A model generated the notes under the pieces. The model worked only from the letters and a program-made list of their open reading frames with translations. It ran no database searches and had not been told where the DNA came from. A stretch of 64,000 nucleotides of DNA from Candidatus Dojkabacteria bacterium. GTDB taxonomy: Bacteria; Patescibacteriota; Dojkabacteria; SC72. Below are positions 59,676-64,000 of this stretch, in pieces (positions within the stretch are counted from its first letter, which is position 1; every line of letters begins with the position of its first letter). Location of the stretch: contig JBMNHB010000001.1 of the NCBI GenBank assembly GCA_050950145.1, positions 556,820-620,819 on the forward strand. The letters are read 5' to 3'. Position numbers and translations under genes: made by a program.

Positions 59676-59925
59676 ATGGTATAATATATGTAGTAAGTTG
59701 GGTAGACCCTCTGTGCGGTTGAAAAATACCGAAATGCCTTGGAATCTAGTATTCTGAGACACTATTGAAATAATATAGGTAGAACGGAGGTAATCGCCCA
59801 ACTTCTTATTCCTACGAAACAGTGAAAAGCAGGTGAATCAATGGTATAATATAAATAGTAAGTTGGGTAGACCCTCCGCCGGCTGTAATAATGCCGTATT
59901 ATGTTGGAGGTAATCGCCTAACTTC
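59676..59925. repeat. two tandem copies of a conserved two-stem hairpin element, each starting with TGGTATAATATA
   Basis: Both copies share TGGTATAATATA-TAGTAAGTTGGGTAGACCCTC ... GGAGGTAATCGCC(C/T)AACTTC. The apical region between is 80 nt in copy 1 and 30 nt in copy 2. Copy 2's 3' arm encodes the last 8 codons of the 179-aa gene. Confidence 0.5.
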
Positions 59926-60438
59926 CTGTTTTCTCAAAACAATTTCCTTAAGACCTTCTCTATCCACAACAAAAAGCCTTGTTATTGTTTTCTTTTTATT
60001 TCTTACATTATACAAACTTAATTGCTTTGCAACCTTTTCACTTAACAGTGCATTTCCATAATCTAAAATATAATTTTGTTTATCTGATTCCCTGCCCTTT
60101 TTTATAAGTCTCTTAGCATTGCAATACTTTTTCTTCTGAGGTTTCTTCAACTCCCACTCCTTATCTCTCCATATAAAGTCATTTGTAGGCAAGTATCCAA
60201 CACCATCTTTTGCTGTTTTATCCCTAACAATCCACTTAATTCTATGTCCAAGCTTTGTAAATTTTCTCACAAATTCTCTTTCATGAGGTTTAATAATATC
60301 ATCATCATTAAACTGTTTAACTGTTAATCCAATCCTCTTATACAAAGGAATTTCTACTACCTTTCTACTTTGCTTTTCTATTAATTCTGATGAATGGAAA
60401 CCCTTACCCATCATACCTATATCTCCACCCTTCTCCAT
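59899..60438 (-). CDS. basic hypothetical protein (179 aa)
   Basis: ORF overlapping the radC stop by 22 nt. Lys/Arg-rich. No recognisable motif. Confidence 0.45.
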   Translation of the reverse strand: MEKGGDIGMMGKGFHSSELIEKQSRKVVEIPLYKRIGLTVKQFNDDDIIKPHEREFVRKFTKLGHRIKWIVRDKTAKDGVGYLPTNDFIWRDKEWELKKPQKKKYCNAKRLIKKGRESDKQNYILDYGNALLSEKVAKQLSLYNVRNKKKTITRLFVVDREGLKEIVLRKQEVRRLPPT

Positions 60439-61052
60439 TCATTCTTAGCAACCACAATATGATCTAACAATGTAAGTCCTACCAACTCTAATGCACTATT
60501 TATCCTTCTAGTTATCTCAACATCTTCCATACTAGGCCTACTATCCCCAGATGGATGATTATGTGCTAAAACAACACTACTAGCATTAAATTCTAATGCT
60601 GGAATAATGATATCCCTAGGAAGAACATTAACCCCGTCCAATGTACCAATACATATTGTTTTCTTGGATATAACTTCAAATCTAGAATTAAGAAAGAGAG
60701 CTACAACATGCTCTTGTTTTCGCTTACCAATATATTTTAATACAGAGTATGCATCCTCAGAATTCTTGATAAATATCTTCTCTGTATTACCAATATCGTA
60801 CAATCTTCTTCCAAGCTCAATACCACACAATATCTTCATACCCGTAACCTCTCCAATACCTTCAATATCCCTTATACTATCTAAAGTAATAATCTTCTTA
60901 GCTTCTAAAACAGAACGCATTTTACTTAACAAACTTCTTGATACAGACATAAAGTTCTTACCCTTAATACCCCTACCTATTATTATGGCTAATAACTCCA
61001 TATCAGAAAGTGAATCTATACCTCTCTCTTTGTATTTCTCTCTAGGAAGCAT
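60417..61052 (-). CDS. radC: RadC-like JAB/MPN-domain protein (UPF0758)
   Basis: N-terminal HhH-like region. JAMM motif VLAHNHPSGDSRPS. Confidence 0.8.
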   Translation of the reverse strand: MLPREKYKERGIDSLSDMELLAIIIGRGIKGKNFMSVSRSLLSKMRSVLEAKKIITLDSIRDIEGIGEVTGMKILCGIELGRRLYDIGNTEKIFIKNSEDAYSVLKYIGKRKQEHVVALFLNSRFEVISKKTICIGTLDGVNVLPRDIIIPALEFNASSVVLAHNHPSGDSRPSMEDVEITRRINSALELVGLTLLDHIVVAKNEWRRVEI

Positions 61053-61196
61053 ACTAGATGATAAAGGAGAAATATTAAATCTAGATTAACTATTTTTCTA
61101 AATATGGATATGCTATAACATAGATGTATCACGATGAGAGGACTACCAAAGGTTAACATTGATTACCGCGGGAATGCCTCTCCTTTTGTTTATTAA

Positions 61197-63371
61197 CTAC
61201 TTACTAGTTTTCTTCTTCCCTTTCTTAGCTCTACCCTTCCTAGCATTCTTAATATATGTACAATCAGGATAATTACTACAACCAATAAATGTTCTTCCCC
61301 ACTTACTCCTTCTTTCAACCAAATTATGATTACACTCAGGACATTTCTCTTTCAAAAGTAATGGTATTGTACCCTTACATTCAGGATAATCCTCACATGC
61401 CCAGAACTTACCATACTTACCACTCTTTAATACAACTCCTTTTCCACATTTGGGACACTTTGTCTGCTCTTCATATTTCTCCAAATCAATCTCTATTCCA
61501 CCTGAGAGATCTTTCATACCTTTACACTCAGGGAATTTAGCACAACTTAAGAATCTACCATACCTACCTACTCTAACAACCATCTCTCCACCACATTTTG
61601 GACACTTCTCATCAGATTTACCAAGAATTACAACATCCTCTTTTTTAACATTTTTATCTGCCTCCCCAATACCATCAACCAACATCTTGTACTCCTTGTC
61701 TATCACTGGAACATACTGCTTCTTACCCAAAGAGATATCATCTAGCTCATCTTCAACACCTGCTGTATATGCATAATCAACCAACCGTGTAAAGTTCTTC
61801 CTCAAAAAATTAGTAACTAGTCTCCCTACATCCAAAGGAACAATTGCTTTGTTCTCTTTCACAACATACCCCCTTGCAAGAATCGTAGAAATGATTGATG
61901 CATAAGTAGAAGGTCTTCCTATACCCAAAGCCTCAAGTTTTTTTATCAATGATGCTTCAGTATATCTTGCTGGTGGTTGAGTATATTTCTGCTCATTCAC
62001 AAACTTAACCTTTTCTAACTCATCCCCCTTCTTTATCTCATACATCTCTTGTAAATCTTCACTCTCACTCTTTACATACAAAACCTTTCTAAAACCATCA
62101 AAGAGAACTCTCTCACCACCCATAACAAATTCATATTCTGGAGATTTCAAGTCCTTTGGAACTAATGACACTGTTAAAACTTCAACCTCCTTACTACTCA
62201 TCTGACTAGAAACAGCTCTCTTCCATATCAACTCATATAACTTACCAGCAGAATCACCCAAATCAGCAGCAACCTTCTTAGAATCAACCCAAAAATCTGT
62301 TGGTCTAATTGCCTCATGAGCCTCCTGTGCATTCTTAGCTTTTGTTTTGTAAAAATTCGGTTTCTCTGGAATATATTCCTTTCCATATCTCTCCTCAACT
62401 AACTTCCTAATTCCATCAACAGCTTTCTTACTCAATGTTGTAGAGTCCGTTCTCATATATGTAATGTAACCTGCCTGGTAAAGCTGTTGTGCTACACTCA
62501 TAGTTCTTTTTGATGTAAAACCAATACCATTGTATGCTGATTGTTGAAGTGTAGAAGTAGTAAATGGAGGATATGCATGTTTACTCAACTGCTTCTTTGT
62601 TACATTTTTTACAACAAATTTACTATCTCCAATCTTCTGTTCAAATTCTTTTACCTCTTTCTCATTCTTAGGAATATATTTCTTTCCATCTTTCTTCTGT
62701 AACTTAGCTTCCAATTCATTCTTTCGCTCATCTTTAACAATTACCTTTACATCCCAATACTCTTCAGATTTAAAAGACTCCCTCTCCTCCTCTTTCTCAA
62801 CAACTAATCGTAAAGCAACAGATTGTACTCTACCAGCAGAGAGACCATACCAAATCTTTTTCCAAAGTAATTCAGAAAGTTTGTATCCTACTAACCTATC
62901 TAACACCCTCCTTGCTTTCTGTGCATCAACTAAATCCATATCTATCTTTGATGGTTTTTTAATAGCCTCCTTAATCACACTATCCGTAATCTCATGGAAT
63001 ACAACTCTCTTAGGATCTTTCAAACCTAAAGAATTGGCTGTATGCCATGCAATTGCCTCTCCCTCTCTATCAGGATCCATTGCTAGATACACATTTCCAC
63101 CTTTTGGAATTGCCTTCTTAAGATCTTTTACTACCTTACCCTTACCGTATATCTGCTCCCAAAGAGGTTCATAGCTATTCTCAACATCAACACCTAGCTT
63201 ACTTTTAGGAAGATCAATGATATGACCTACTGTGGCCATCACCTTGTAGTCACTTCCCAAATATCTATTAATTGTCTTTGCCTTTGAAGGAGACTCAACA
63301 ATCAAAAGATTATTGTAATTCTTTATCCCTACAGTCTTTTTAGTTGTTTTTTTGGTTTTTGTTTTTGCCAT
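61197..63371 (-). CDS. topA: DNA topoisomerase I with C-terminal zinc ribbons
   Basis: Toprim N-terminus LLIVESPSKAKTI. Multiple CPxCG zinc ribbons. Lys-rich tail. Confidence 0.9.
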   Translation of the reverse strand: MAKTKTKKTTKKTVGIKNYNNLLIVESPSKAKTINRYLGSDYKVMATVGHIIDLPKSKLGVDVENSYEPLWEQIYGKGKVVKDLKKAIPKGGNVYLAMDPDREGEAIAWHTANSLGLKDPKRVVFHEITDSVIKEAIKKPSKIDMDLVDAQKARRVLDRLVGYKLSELLWKKIWYGLSAGRVQSVALRLVVEKEEERESFKSEEYWDVKVIVKDERKNELEAKLQKKDGKKYIPKNEKEVKEFEQKIGDSKFVVKNVTKKQLSKHAYPPFTTSTLQQSAYNGIGFTSKRTMSVAQQLYQAGYITYMRTDSTTLSKKAVDGIRKLVEERYGKEYIPEKPNFYKTKAKNAQEAHEAIRPTDFWVDSKKVAADLGDSAGKLYELIWKRAVSSQMSSKEVEVLTVSLVPKDLKSPEYEFVMGGERVLFDGFRKVLYVKSESEDLQEMYEIKKGDELEKVKFVNEQKYTQPPARYTEASLIKKLEALGIGRPSTYASIISTILARGYVVKENKAIVPLDVGRLVTNFLRKNFTRLVDYAYTAGVEDELDDISLGKKQYVPVIDKEYKMLVDGIGEADKNVKKEDVVILGKSDEKCPKCGGEMVVRVGRYGRFLSCAKFPECKGMKDLSGGIEIDLEKYEEQTKCPKCGKGVVLKSGKYGKFWACEDYPECKGTIPLLLKEKCPECNHNLVERRSKWGRTFIGCSNYPDCTYIKNARKGRAKKGKKKTSK

Positions 63372-63406
63372 ATCTTAGGTATTATACCATCTTAAAATTT
63401 CTTAAC

Positions 63407-63486
63407 TAGACCTGGTCTGCAAGAAAATCCTCTCCTGTAAAGTATTTAGAGACGATTTTTAACTAAATTTAATAGTACTATAGGAG
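63407..63486 (-). promoter_or_regulatory. palindrome-bearing promoter element (family copy) upstream of topA
   Basis: On the minus strand: tail, then GCAGACCAGGTCTAG, then 18 nt, then TGGTATAAT, then ~10 nt, then the topA ATG. Confidence 0.5.
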
Positions 63487-63492
63487 TATAAA

Positions 63493-64000
63493 TTAAGCAA
63501 AATATACCTGCTCTCCTACTAGCCCAACTATCTCCTTCATATCCTCTACACTTGTTAATATATTTGCACCCTGTTTTGCCAAAAGATTGCATCCCCTAGA
63601 AACCTCACTAGTAATATTCCCAGGTACAACATATACCTCTCTGTTGTAATCTAGTGCTAGTTTTGCAGTAGTAAGTGAACCACTTTTTTCTCCTGCTTCA
63701 ATTACAATAATTTCTTTTGATATCCCCGCTAGTATTCTGTTTCTTTGAATGTAAAAATATTTGAGCATTTTTTGATCTCTTGGATATTCAGCTAGTACTA
63801 GTCCTTTTTTAACAATTTTCTTTAACAATTCAATATTACATCTAGGAATTGCTGTATTTATTCCCCCAGGTACAACAGCAATTGTTTGAATATCTCTTTC
63901 CAAACAGATTCTATGCACATATCCATCAACACCTCTAGCTAATCCACTTACAACTACAATATCCAAATCTCTTAAATATTTACCTAGAAACATCTCTATC
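63493..64000 (-). CDS. dprA: DNA-processing protein DprA/Smf; C-terminal part only, the N-terminus lies beyond the window
   Basis: DprA Rossmann-like block VVSGLARGVDGYVHR...GGINTAIP. The ORF reaches the window edge. Confidence 0.7.
   Translation of the reverse strand, partial: IEMFLGKYLRDLDIVVVSGLARGVDGYVHRICLERDIQTIAVVPGGINTAIPRCNIELLKKIVKKGLVLAEYPRDQKMLKYFYIQRNRILAGISKEIIVIEAGEKSGSLTTAKLALDYNREVYVVPGNITSEVSRGCNLLAKQGANILTSVEDMKEIVGLVGEQVYFA

Noticed and set aside
59676-59925. CRISPR array or type III toxin-antitoxin RNA repeats
   Set aside because: Only two units are present, with long, unequal variable cores. No cas or toxin gene is in the appropriate position.
61135-61194. GAGAGG...CCTCTCC hairpin followed by TTTTGTTTATT between radC and topA as a terminator
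   Set aside because: The stem is only ~6 bp with a 36-nt loop. Its orientation fits only a plus-strand (antisense) transcript. It is too weak to call.

Overview
This is an AT-rich, gene-dense window. Nearly all genes are on the minus strand and intergenic regions are short. Its content is consistent with a small-genome bacterium of the Candidate Phyla Radiation (Patescibacteria) type, but that is an inference from composition and gene content, not a database result.

Housekeeping genes are organised in classic operons:
- rpsF-ssb-rpsR
- rpmE-prfA-prmC
- dnaX-ybaB-recR-cysS-rnhC
- rpsB-tsf ... frr-rseP
- rpsU-yqeY-ybeY-pth-mfd
- topA-dprA
- dnaB
- ychF
- two tRNAs, Leu-CAA and Ser-TGA, which I folded by eye

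Accessory content I can support from the sequence:
1. An AbiEi/AbiEii abortive-infection/type IV toxin-antitoxin pair bracketed by two near-identical ~85-bp direct repeats.
2. A family of seven ~80-bp promoter-associated elements built around the perfect palindrome ACAGACC-W-GGTCTGT. The AbiE flanking repeats are two of its members.
3. A family of three paralogous cell-surface proteins with a conserved N-terminal anchor (GGYLLWRVNQ) and a conserved C-terminal P(K/E/D)TG-hydrophobic-basic sorting signal. A fourth, canonical LPKTG protein and a 951-aa cysteine-rich secreted protein are also present. No sortase gene lies in the window.
4. A nucleotide-salvage set: AMP/thymidine phosphorylase next to an eIF2B-like ribose-1,5-bisphosphate isomerase, dUTPase, and a nucleoside-2-deoxyribosyltransferase-like gene where pyrH usually sits.
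5. A GC-enriched, codon-atypical lipoprotein gene on the opposite strand, likely horizontally acquired.
6. A GC-enriched ~210-bp intergenic island bounded by CCTAGG-centred palindromes; a related palindrome sits inside mfd.
7. Two tandem copies of a conserved two-stem hairpin element between a radC-containing two-gene insert and rpsB.
8. A VirD4/TraG-like membrane P-loop ATPase with two small unknown downstream genes.

I saw no rRNA, no CRISPR array, and no transposase or integrase.
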